A stretch of 63,138 bases of DNA, filler included, from Octopus bimaculoides (lineage: Eukaryota): assembly GCF_001194135.2 (NCBI RefSeq). It is 5 parts of 4 records of this genome, joined end to end, with 100 filler letters (N's around TTAATTAATTAA, not from the genome) between each part and the next. Parts side by side here need not be neighbours in the genome. Positions count along the whole stretch, not along the records: positions 21,976 to 53,275 come from NC_068989.1; 4 more parts are not named here. One strand, given 5' to 3'. This document shows positions 25,597 through 37,099 of the stretch, one piece after another. Within the stretch, counting starts at the first letter, position 1. Each line of letters starts with the position of its first letter. A program made the translations under genes and the position numbers. The notes beneath the pieces are model-generated. The model had not been told where the DNA came from, made no database searches, and saw nothing but the letters and a program-made list of their open reading frames with translations.

Positions 25597-27181
25597 CCTT
25601 GATTATATACTCTGCATGTCGTATAAAATCCAAAGCAGTGAACTCAGGATTTACTATTGAGTGAAATAGTGTAATTGTTCACCTTAAATAATTCTATATG
25701 TTTCCTATCATTCGATGTGGTTAGCCAGAACCTGGATTGCATCAGAGTACTAAATAAGGTACAAATTGCTATTTCTTTACAGAGTGTGTGTGTGTGTGTG
25801 CGCACGTACGTGTGTGTCCCCACCACCACCACTGCTTGGCAACCGGTGTTGGTGTGCTTATGTGGCCATGACTTTGCAGCTCAGCAAAGGAGACTGTCAG
25901 AACAAGTACCAGGCTTAATAAAAATATTGGCATCAATTCATTTGACTAAAAATTCTTCAAGGCAGTGCCCCAGCCTGGTCACAGTCTAATGACTGAAACA
26001 AATAAGATATATACACAAAAATAAGAGGAATGACCAGCAAAAGTGGACTCTTATATGCTAGAAATAGATGCTGAATCATCTAACCACAAAAAATATGTTC
26101 TCAGTAAAAATTTAGCGACGCAACAGACTGTAAAAGGGCAAGACAAATGAAAAAATACTAAAAAAAATTTTTTTTTTTTAACTTCTGCTGGTTATTCCTC
26201 TTATTTTTGTATGTAATATAATTTTAATCTTTGGATGTTTTTAATATGCTAGATAGACCACTGGTTTTAATTGATTAATATCAATTTCTACCCTTATTAA
26301 TAAATTTTATATATATATATCTCTTATCTTGTATATATATATATATATATGTTGTTGTACTTGGGGATGGTCATATTGCCAGTTTAGCCAATAAAAACAC
26401 ACGCATTGTATATTTGGTGTTAATTTGCTTCAGCTTTATATTACATNNNNNNNNNNNNNNNNNNNNNNNNNNNNNNNNNNNNNNNNNNNNNNNNNNNNNN
26501 NNNNNNNNNNNNNNNNNNNNNNNNNNNNNNNNNNNNNNNNNNNNNNNNNNNNNNNNNNNNNNNNNNNNNNNNNNNNNNNNNNNNNNNNNNNNNNNNNNNN
26601 NNNNNNNNNNNNNNNNNNNNNNNNNNNNNNNNNNNNNNNNNNNNNNNNNNNNNNNNNNNNNNNNNNNNNNNNNNNNNNNNNNNNNNNNNNNNNNNNNNNN
26701 NNNNNNNNNNNNNNNNNNNNNNNNNNNNNNNNNNNNNNNNNNNNNNNNNNNNNNNNNNNNNNNNNNNNNNNNNNNNNNNNNNNNNNNNNNNNNNNNNNNN
26801 NNNNNNNNNNNNNNNNNNNNNNNNNNNNNNNNNNNNNNNNNNNNNNNNNNNNNNNNNNNNNNNNNNNNNNNNNNNNNNNNNNNNNNNNNNNNNNNNNNNN
26901 NNNNNNNNNNNNNNNNNNNNNNNNNNNNNNNNNNNNNNNNNNNNNNNNNNNNNNNNNNNNNNNNNNNNNNNNNNNNNNNNNNNNNNNNNNNNNNNNNNNN
27001 NNNNNNNNNNNNNNNNNNNNNNNNNNNNNNNNNNNNNNNNNNNNNNNNNNNNNNNNNNNNNNNNNNNNNNNNNNNNNNNNNNNNNNNNNNNNNNNNNNNN
27101 NNNNNNNNNNNNNNNNNNNNNNNNNNNNNNNNNNNNNNNNNNNNNNNNNNNNNNNNNNNNNNNNNNNNNNNNNNNNNNNNN

Positions 27182-27545
27182 GCTAAATCTACATACGATA
27201 CAGTTCCTATCAGTGCAGGCGGTTCTACTGAAAGGGTATGTTCTACTGATAAGTGATTTAATAGGGTTGCCTGGCCTTTCAACAACCTTAATTCTTAGCT
27301 TAAGTTTGTCTAGGGCCCTTCTAAAGCGGTACGCCAGTTCGCCTCTAGGGGTGGTGTCGACGAACATGACACTCTGGTACTTGTGGCTATCGTACCATGA
27401 GCTTGCCTTCCCTATTTTCTTCTTAGTCCTTTCTATGGTGTTCCATGATTTGCTCCTATAGAGTGAGCAAATCCCATTCCTATCGTTGCGTTTGATTGTT
27501 TTAAACTTCTTCATAGCTCCTTTGTATACCCTGATCCAGCAAACA
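27182..27545 (-). mobile_element. Penelope-like element ORF fragment (post-RT linker to the Cys-rich region before GIY-YIG)
   Basis: Open frame SLYRSKSWNTIERTKKK..SWY..VMFVDTTPRGELA..IKVVERPGNPIKSLISRTYPFSRTACTDRNCIVC; cut by an N gap. Confidence 0.8.
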
Positions 27546-27624
27546 GTGGTACCTTGTTGTGCCACCATTTCCTATTTATAATTCCACCTTTACAGTGCTT
27601 TATTTAGCTGAAAAATAATACTAA

Positions 27625-27780
27625 TCATCATCATCATCATCGTTTAACGTCCGCCTTCCATGCTAGCATGGGTTGGACGATTTGACTGAGGACTGGTGAA
27701 ACCGAATGGCAACACCAGGCTCCAATCTAATTTGGCAGAGTTTCTACAGCTGGATGCCCTTCCTAACGCCAACCACTAAT
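27625..27780 (-). mobile_element. RTE-tailed retroposon 3' end (family B)
   Basis: (CAT)n-cgtttaacgtccgccttccatgctagcatgggttggacg.., the reverse complement of the 49775-50061 tail. Other copies near 13170, 45345, 46720, 51590 and 52545; a related shared-tail element near 22235. Confidence 0.75.
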
Positions 27781-27933
27781 GTATTGCAATAATATTTATG
27801 ATTGTTACATAAAACTTTTTCACTGACCTCGGTTCTGTTTATAGTTAGGCATATCAGCCTGCTATTTCCAGCAAACATTGGTGCCTTGTTGTGCCACTAA
27901 TTCCTATATATATATATACACACAGACACACAC

Positions 27934-27976
<43 letters not shown>

Positions 27977-28340
27977 CACACACATACATGTAATTCATAG
28001 AAGTGTTTTTATCCTTTTCTTCTTGATAATTAAAGCTGTGAAGTAGAGTTATGGGTGTGCAATTTTAAGTAAACATACATTTGTATGCAAAAATGTGTTG
28101 AAATTAGTCAAGCCAATCCCCTTTATCAAAGGTAAGTCAATTTTACATCATTACTTGAAACAAAAACAGAAAACAAAACACAGTGAATTGCTTCAATTAA
28201 TTAGTTTCTATGTAATACCAATACTTGCAATGCAATGTATACTTGGGCAAACCAATTCACTTCTATTTAAGTTTGTTTATACTTTAAGTAAACTATAAAT
28301 TGCTATCTGTTATTTTATCTGGAGTCAGTAAAATGAGTAA

Positions 28341-28387
28341 TTGATCCCTGATGAAGCAGTAAAAGATACTGAAACAAGTTAGGTTAA
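28341..28387 (+). ncRNA. Degenerate hammerhead ribozyme motif
   Basis: cc-CTGATGA-A-GCAGTA-aaaga-TACT-GAAA-CAAG-TT-AGG; helix II is short by about 2 nt. Confidence 0.4.
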
Positions 28388-28999
28388 TCTCCTTTCTCTG
28401 GTCAAATACAGAAGGAAACATATATAATTTAACCACAGTCTCAACTTTACACAACGATACTAAAAGTGTGTGTTTACTAAAAACAGCTTGCATCTCTGCT
28501 TTATGGCTCTCCATTTCTGCCTCACACTCCTCATCATCATTAGATGGCTTATTGCTGCTCTTCTAGACAGGTTAGGGGAATCACATCTCACTCACAAGCT
28601 TCACTTTTGGTTTGGTTTCTACAACTGGATGCCTTTCCTTACACCAACTTCATTTTTTTTTTTATGACACTAAAAAGGTTTGTTTTTATGTATGGTTATA
28701 CACAAAAACAAACTTTAAATTGAATGTTCATTCAATACCTTTCAGCAGAGAAATTTTTTTTTTTTACAGGGAAAAGGTTAACAGTATTGTGAAAGTTTTA
28801 GCTATGTAGCATTCATGAGATAGTAAATCATTTTCGTTCTCCAAATTTTATACTTAATTATTATGGGGTTAGTCCTGTGGAAAGAGCAATATAGCTGCAA
28901 AGTAGATAAGGGTGTAATAGTCTACTTTTTTGTAATATATCAAGAAATATCTTTACGGATGATTTATTAAGTGGACAAAAGAAAGAGCTTGTAGGAAGA

Positions 29000-29480
29000 A
29001 AGAAGTAGTAGAATAAGGAGAAGTAGAGGAATGGCAGATAAGGAGAAAGACAGGAAGAAAGCAAACATTTAAGATTAAGATTTGGAAAGGATGGGATAGT
29101 AGAGACATTTTTTCTGGTTGGATAGTTAAAGCTATATAGAAACTATTTAGGTGGTTAAAGGAATTACTGATTATGTTATTGTTAAGGTTCATTTAAACAT
29201 GTTTGTAAATACAGGTGTATATAGTCAGATTAGTAAAGGAAAACAGGTCACAGATCATGTGATAGACTACATTCACTGGTCTGAGTTGAGAGCATTGTTG
29301 AGTCGCCTCATGTTACTTCCACTAAACTGGTTATTTTTAGTGTTGGAAATGAGCAGTTGGTTTTGTTTAATATTATGGTTCATTCAAGCATGTTTGTAGA
29401 TATTGGTGGAACAGGTTAGATTTTTACTGGAGTGTAGGTTACAGATAGGTCAAATTTCATGCTTTATATGAGTGTTGCTT
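29000..29480 (-). mobile_element. Degenerate Penelope-like GIY-YIG / 3' relic
   Basis: Minus frame PVNVVYHMICDL..IY resembles the PLE endonuclease motif NVVYxIxCxxC; many stops. Confidence 0.4.
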
Positions 29481-29978
29481 TCATTGAATATGAGTGTTGT
29501 TTTTTAAGTATTGGATTTGTAGATAAATATGAGCATTATTGAGGTTAATATAGATTTTGATGTGGATATAAATTTTTCACTAGTCGCTAAAGGAAAGATA
29601 TATACAAATAAATAATTACAGATTTTATACACATCTTAATGGGCTAGTATAAAACCATCTTTTCATACATGTGCACAAATATATTTGAGCCTCATTATAT
29701 GAGTATTTTCTCAAATACAGATATAGCTACATGTACACACACACACACACACACTGGTGCGAATTCATACATCTGCCAAAAATCCAAACATATCTATGTA
29801 TGCATGTAAATACATGCACTTGTACAGATGCTAATAAATACACAAAGATAAACATATATAGTGTATAGGTCAACACAGATATACATGCATACAATCACAC
29901 ATACACATTGTACTCATGTGTGTTTGAGTGTGTATGTACATGTGTGTGTGTGTATGTATGTATATATATATATGTATG

Positions 29979-30098
<120 letters not shown>

Positions 30099-30100
30099 GA

Positions 30101-30684
30101 CAGGGTTATTCAAAAACAATGAACCGATTTCATTACACAATATTTTGATAAGGAAAAGCAGTAAAAAACTCCAGCTAAGTCACAAGTATTTACTCACAAT
30201 CAACTTTTATTTCCTGTCTTACAAGTATTCAATGTGGCCACCACCTGCAGCACAGGTAACATCAATGCAATAAGAGAATTCCTCCCAGAGGAGTATCACC
30301 ATATAGCGATCCAGCATAAACGTGATCCTTTACACCTTCCCACAAGAAAAAAATCACACACAGTGAGGTCTGGGGATCTTGCAGGCCAAGCACACAGAGC
30401 AAGGTCTTGGGCCCCTTTCCGACCAATCTATTGCTGGGGGCACTTTCCCATTTAAAAAAGCTCAAAGCATCAGGTGCCAATGGGGTAGTGCTCCATTTAG
30501 TTGAAAAATGAAGTCATGTGAATCTGCTTGCAGTGAAGTGAAGAGCCAGTTGAGGATTCGCAATTCTGAGTGTAAACAAACAACTGAAAGTTGCCAAAAA
30601 AACAATGCAACTACAGCACCCCTGTGACAGCCATTCAAAACTTATATTGCGTAATGAAATTGGTTCATTCTTTTTGAATAACTG
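30101..30684 (-). mobile_element. Internally deleted Tc1/mariner-superfamily transposon
   Basis: ~40-bp TIRs cagggttattcaaaaacaatgaaccgatttcattacacaatat / atattgcgtaatgaaattggttcattctttttgaataactg. Residual ORF ..FFLWEGVKDHVY of the PPRSPDL..DFFLWG type. Confidence 0.85.
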
Positions 30685-30689
30685 TACAT

Positions 30690-31340
30690 ATAAATGAGTT
30701 TGTGATCTGTCCAGTATTCTGCACCAATCATGGCCTTTTTCACCTAAACATCCTGCTTGTCCCATCTCCTGACTATGTCATAGTTGATTAGACACTAATG
30801 TTTGCCGTATAGATGCATCAAGGAGGTCTTTTTGCAGTTGGGCAGATTGAAACACTGTCCTGCACAAGTCTTCAGCACTAGTTGACCATTGCTGTTGTTC
30901 TTGCCAACTCCATTTCTCCCAATGATTCCTTCCCATGCCTGGTAGACTGTATGAACTCTGGCACTGAAGTTCACATGAAGTGCTTGAGAAAGCAGTTGAA
31001 AATCACCTGGTAAGGCAAGGTCCTAGACACAGAGGTCCTCTCTTGAGTGATCTGCCAAGCATTTACATACAACTGGGGAGAGCACAAGTCAGGTGTCCTC
31101 CCCAAGAGATTGTTTTATAGCAAATTGGTGGAAGGCAAGCGCATGCAAGGTGGACAGGAAAAGCACTTGAAGGGTATGATCAAAGCCTCACTGGAGAGCT
31201 TTGAAATCAACTCTGACGCCAGGGAAATGCAAGCACAAGAGCCAACTCCTTGCCTTCAGTCCCAGCAGACCACCAGTGCCTAACCTACAGCAGAGCCTTC
31301 CAGGCATGCAGTGGACTGATTGGCCACAGCTGGACACCCC
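30690..31340. mobile_element. RTE (BovB-like) LINE relic: inverted endonuclease segment joined to a forward C-terminus
   Basis: Minus 30690-30974: NFSARV..WEGIIGRNGVGKNNSNGQL..WTDHKLI. Plus 30972-31340: HMKCLRKQLKITW..VLDTEVL..LPKRLFYSKLVEGKRMQGGQEK. Confidence 0.85.
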
Positions 31341-31579
31341 AAGCTTCATCTCCGTCTCCCATGTGATGTCCTTGGTCTTTGTCAACAACAACAACTGACG
31401 AACCAACATATGTACAATTAATATACACACAACACAAATACTAACAGAAATATATATGTACACATGAGTGAATATGCATGTGCATATGAATGTATGTATG
31501 TATGAATGTATGTATGTACAGAGCAGATAGGTGCATGTGTGTGTCCTACCCATGCCGGCATGTAAAGCGGATATTAAAA

Positions 31580-31630
<51 letters not shown>

Positions 31631-32304
31631 ATATGGATACGGCTGCTGTGAGAGATCATCTACGATTGTGAGTTTTTAGCATTTCTGGCAACATAGAAGA
31701 TTTTATCATACTTAAGACTTTCTTTTTCAACAGTGAATCAGAGTAACTTTAGTTGCTGGTGAAATGTATTTTTGAAAATAATACTTACAAGGAAACTGAG
31801 ATTGTTACAGGAAAGAGACAGACTGAAATTAACAGTGGCAGTTGCTAGTGATGGTTAGTGGGGAGGAATTAAATGTTAAAAGAAGGTGTTTATCTTGATT
31901 TTACTGTCTGAGTAGAGAGTGGGTACCTGTCTGATATGTAACAGAATATTTGTTTACAAAAATCGCTGAGAAATATCTCTGGTTTAAAATTTTACGTACA
32001 ACACAGAAAAACAAACCACACACACATACATACAAACACAATAAAAGTATAAACAGGCAAACAACTGGATTCAGGTCAATTTATGATGTATGTTTAGACA
32101 TGAAGGCAAAACTGAATATTATAAGAGAAACCTTCAAAAGAGATCGATAAAAGATCAGTTGAGGGATGTTCAACAATGCTCATGGTATATGCTAGTAATC
32201 TCCCAGAACAGTTTATATTGGTATTAAGTAAAGGTGCTCATCATAAGTAGAATCCAAATGTGGATGAGAAGAAAAGAGAGAAGAAAGAAGGTGTGCCGAC
32301 AGTT

Positions 32305-32386
32305 CCTTACAGCTGTTTCAAGAACATTTCCCTGCAAATGATCAGCATCCAACATTGTCGTTGCTATCTATTCCATCATCAGAGGG
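32305..32386 (-). ncRNA. Hammerhead ribozyme motif with intact core, long helix II insert and palindromic helix III
   Basis: Minus: CCCT-CTGATGA-56nt(tGGAATA...TGTTCTt)-GAAA-CAGCTG-TA-AGG. Predicted cleavage after GUA, between 32308 and 32307. Confidence 0.75.
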
Positions 32387-32824
32387 AGAATGAGACAGAG
32401 ACTTAATAGGAAGTAATGATATACTATTAACAGGAGGTATACAAAGGTGAGCTTAAAAAAAAAGAGAAGCAGAGAATACAAGGTCATAATAAGAGGGAGA
32501 TAGATAGAAAGTAACAAACATGACAAGGAACAGATATGTAAAATTCAAGAGTTAAAGGGATATATATATATAGAAAGGAGTGGTCAGTGCCTATATGGGT
32601 ATGTTGCATGTCTCAGTTCTCTGTTTTTTTCGTTGTTCGAAAAAAAGTTCGTTTTCTATGTTTTTGTTTTTATGTTTGTTCCTCATTGTGTCCACGTTTC
32701 TTTGATGTCCTGTACCCATATATGTATGTATATTTGCATATAATTATATTATTTATATTATTATATGATCAAAGGCCACGCATCCTTTTCCAAGTAAGTT
32801 TTATCTACATATATATATACTTAC

Positions 32825-32855
<31 letters not shown>

Positions 32856-33643
32856 TACATACACATATATACATATTTNNNNNNNNNNNNNNNNNNNNNN
32901 NNNNNNNNNNNNNNNNNNNNNNNNNNNNNNNNNNNNNNNNNNNNNNNNNNNNNNNNNNNNNNNNNNNNNNNNNNNNNNNNNNNNNNNNNNNNNNNNNNNN
33001 NNNNNNNNNNNNNNNNNNNNNNNNNNNNNNNNNNNNNNNNNNNNNNNNNNNNNNNNNNNNNNNNNNNNNNNNNNNNNNNNNNNNNNNNNNNNNNNNNNNN
33101 NNNNNNNNNNNNNNNNNNNNNNNNNNNNNNNNNNNNNNNNNNNNNNNNNNNNNNNNNNNNNNNNNNNNNNNNNNNNNNNNNNNNNNNNNNNNNNNNNNNN
33201 NNNNNNNNNNNNNNNNNNNNNNNNNNNNNNNNNNNNNNNNNNNNNNNNNNNNNNNNATACATACATATATATATATGTGAGTGAAATTAAATACAAAAAT
33301 AGGGTTTTTTATGATCGTGTATAGAGGAATATATTTAATTTAAAAGGGTTCCAACAGTCTGTTTTTTATGTTTTATTTATATTCTTGTAAAATTAATGTG
33401 GGATATAGAATATATAATATAAAAATGGATGGTACAATGAAATGAAGTATTGAATGTCTTATTGAATATATGAAATATTGAGTGTTCAATATAAAGAATT
33501 AAATATATAAAGGTGAATACGCATTTTCAATACCTTGTGGTATTCATCATGGCCTACGTCTGACAGACCGTAACAGACTGGCTGGTTTTCTGTACATACA
33601 TATATACACATATATATACATATTTAGATATATATATACACAC

Positions 33644-33676
<33 letters not shown>

Positions 33677-34324
33677 TNNNNNNNNNNNNNNNNNNNNNNN
33701 NNNNNNNNNNNNNNNNNNNNNNNNNNNNNNNNNNNNNNNNNNNNNNNNNNNNNNNNNNNNNNNNNNNNNNNNNNNNNTGAGAGAGAGAGGGAACAGTGAA
33801 GGGGAGAGGAGAAGAATAGGGAAAGGAAGAAGAACAAGAGAGGGAGATACATAGAAAGAATAAAGAGAAATAGAGTGCCCATCTGAATTATAAAGATAAA
33901 ACTTTCTTGAAAATGGATGCGTGGCATTCAATCATATAATAATATATAAATATATGCATATATACATACCTACATATATATGTATCTATACATGCATTTA
34001 TGGGTACAGGACATCAAAAATACCTAGGAATGGAAAATCAAATTGAAGGCTGGTTATTGTGGAGGTCATTGCACTTTAATGATCATAGAACATATAAGTT
34101 TGCAAGCCATGCAAAATAGAGCTACTGAAGTGTTTGGGGAGTAGATTACGGATAATGACTACAAAATATTCTGTTGTGTCTGGGGAGTCATTTTCTTATT
34201 GTGCCTTAAAATTTAACACACTCACAGGTAAAATTTCCACTTATTTCCTATTTTTATTTTCCTAAAATTTTCGTTTCGTCTTACAACCTTTTTAATAGTC
34301 TTGACTCTCTTTATTAAAATTTTG

Positions 34325-34940
34325 GGATCTATTTCAAAACGGGGGCACCAGTATTTTCTTAACGAAACACTTTGAAACTTGGGACACTGGTAGAATGTGT
34401 CATATAAAACATCTTTTATTCTTAGTCTTCTTAACAAAAAAACGTACATCGCAAGTTATTCCATGTTAAAGTTTTCGTATTTCTGTAATTTCAACCAATC
34501 ACTGACGTCTATTCAGCCCAATAGAGTTACTGCTGGGCGGTCATAAAAATGTTATTCCCTGTGACATATTTCATCCGGTTTAATTGTAATTTATACGCAT
34601 ATATTGTTTATATAATAAATTACGCTGTGTGTATCTATGTGTGTAACAATTTTAGAGTTCGGATTCTAGAGTTAGGGTTAGGGTTAACAGTCTAGTTAGG
34701 GTTAGGGGATTAATACGATATACACCGTTACAGCGCTGTTTTCAACTGAATAGACGTCAGTGATTAGTAGAAATTATCGAAATAAGACAATTTTTTACAT
34801 GAAATAAATTCGAATACAAAAATTTTTTTCTGTTCTATAACACAAAATAGATAAGTATACGAAGTTTGAAAGTCTTTCGGTACCAAAAACACTACATAAA
34901 ACATAAATGAAAACTGGTGCCCCCGTTTTGAAATAGATCC
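34325..34940. mobile_element. 616-bp MITE with GG-start TIRs, perfect 8-bp TSD and internal TTAGGG units (Merlin-like?)
   Basis: TIR ggatctatttcaaaacgggg(g)caccagt. TSD aaattttg at 34317-34324 and 34941-34948. Second inner inverted repeat 34456-34516 / 34746-34807. Confidence 0.85.
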
Positions 34941-35590
34941 AAATTTTGGTGGTAATTTTAAAGCATGCATCTCATCTGTATCTAGTTGTATTGCACCATA
35001 TATTCCAGAGGTGTATTTGTTGTTTTTGTTGATGGTGGGGGTGGGGGTACTGTTTTCCGGTGTCCTGGCGTCAAAGTCCTCTGGTAGTTTACATTCTGAC
35101 ATGACAATCCCGTCGATATTGTTTGGGTATCTGTATTGATTCTTACCATTCTGGGCTCGTTGTTGCTGTTTCATCCACTTCAGTTTATTGTTGAAGTATT
35201 TGTAACAGGCATAGTTAACCAGGTGGTATTCTTGTTGGATGGCTGTCAGGAATTTGTCTCTTTCATATGGAGTAGTGGTGGTTTTAAGTTCATGCAGTAG
35301 GACTCTCTTTCGTTTCTGATACTGGTTGATTTCTGTGTATATTTTCTTTTTAGTGTTCTGTGAGTCCTAATCGCTTGGCAGCTGAATTGATAGATTTTGT
35401 GTATAGTTTGGATGTGATGCATGTTTTAATGAAGTGGAGCTGTCGGATAGCTATCTTGATTTTTAGACAGCAGAACACGGTATTTCCCAGCGTCTTGCTA
35501 GCTCGGCCAAAGCTTATTATATTTCGTTTTTGGATTTGGTTTGCAAGATTATTTGTTTTACTTTGTAAAGGGTTGATAGCAACATTGAGA
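34941..35590 (-). mobile_element. Penelope-like element N-terminal ORF region
   Basis: ATG near 35584. KIAIRQLHFIKTCITSKLYTKSI and YGAIQLDTDEMHALKLPPKF resemble PLE N-terminal motifs. One frameshift. Confidence 0.6.
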
Positions 35591-35847
35591 CTTTAGTCTC
35601 TCTCTATCACCTTTCAACAAAAATATATATTAGGAAATAGTAGAACAAAAGCAGGTGTGAACGATTAACAACATAATAAAATAAGTTTTACTTTGGTGAT
35701 GTTTGGCTTTACAAAACCTGTGTCATTCAGCCTGGTAGCCGCTGGTTAACTTGTAATCAGCATCTGGAGATTAAGAGCTTCGTTGAGGCATGCCAGAGGA
35801 GCAAGTAGCTGACAGCGAATGCATCGTGCTAAAGAGGGTTAGAAAAC

Positions 35848-35965
35848 GCGCGAAATGCTTTAAGTACTGGTTTACTACGCATGCGCACTCGAGGGGCTTC
35901 TGGGAAGGCAAGTCCCTTGCGCATGCGTAGATTGCACTTCCTTAATGGCGGCCATAATTTCGCGC
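35848..35965. promoter_or_regulatory. Candidate bidirectional housekeeping promoter (E2F, NRF1 x2, ETS, YY1, E2F)
   Basis: GCGCGAAA 35848; TACGCATGCGCA 35876; TGCGCATGCGTA 35918; CACTTCC 35935; AATGGCGGCCAT 35944; TTTCGCGC 35958. CpG-rich against an AT-rich background. Confidence 0.55.
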
Positions 35966-37099
35966 AACTACAACTTGAAAGCGAAATTTCTTGTCAGAAA
36001 CAGCCACATAAATGGTATAATGAAATTGAAGGAAGATGTTGAAACTTCCCCTCTGCGACAGCAAAGGCGGCTATATTTTTAGAGAGATAAGCTAACAAAA
36101 GCCCCTTTATTCTGTCTTCCCACATAGCCTGCACATAAACTAACAGCAAATGCTGCATAAAGTTAAATTGGTATGGAGCTTTTTGAAAGATACGTATAGC
36201 TTTCGCTAGTGGAAGCAAAACTCTTATTTAAAGGTTGATTCTTTGGGACAATCATATGTGATTGTTTAAAAAAGGCTAGAACAACAATGCTAAAACATAT
36301 TTGAAACAAAGGACAAAATTGATATAACGGATGGGTAAATAAGCATCCTTAATGTAAAACAACGCATTGGTAGGTAAACAAAGGCATCAATAAATAGAAG
36401 AGAGGGGAGTGAACATCACCGTTCACGTAACTCAGAATAGGTAAAGGTAAGGTTGCCAAAGTTTAATGCAGTTTAAATATGGCGAGTAAGATTGTTTGGT
36501 ATTGGATATTCATTGCGTACAGTGTTCCTCACAGTGGCAGGTGGACAGTCGAAATAAATAGACAAAATCTTTTCACTTTTATAAACAGGATTAAAAATTA
36601 TGGAAGACCCTACATACAAAAAAACTATGTCCATTTAGGTTTGTTTACATGGGAGGTCTGGAAAAAACATTTAGTGCAAGACCATCTTGGGGGCATACGT
36701 AATGTGTGTGTAAATTTTGGTGAAAATTGGTTGAGAATTGTGGAAATGTATGTGTTCAGTATTCATAATCAATTTAATCCCCACTGCTGGTGGACAGTGG
36801 AAATAAATAAATAGACAAAATCCTTTCACTTTTATAAAAAGATTAAAAAAGTATGGAAGACCCTACAGATTATAAGACAGCTGATTAATGCAAATGAATA
36901 GGAATCATCTATTGTTGGTTTCCCATCGCTCTAGAGGCCCCAGTATCGATTTTAAAAAATAATCTAAGTAGCCTATGTTCGGGTCTGGGATATGAAACAG
37001 CTGTGTATAAAATTTTAAAGAAATTGGATGAAAGATATATGTATAAGATATTGAGGTACATTAAATTTTTGTACACAAACTATTTACTGCTGACAAACT

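Noticed and set aside
35994-36218. 74-aa minus ORF next to the candidate promoter
   Set aside because: It points toward the promoter, and has no recognisable domain or splice support.
36540-36867. ~78-bp direct repeat pair
   Set aside because: Likely internal repeats of a non-autonomous DNA element; no termini or other structure found.
36880-37005. GAAACAGCTGTG half-motif
   Set aside because: No CTGANGA core, and position 17 is G; at most a remnant.
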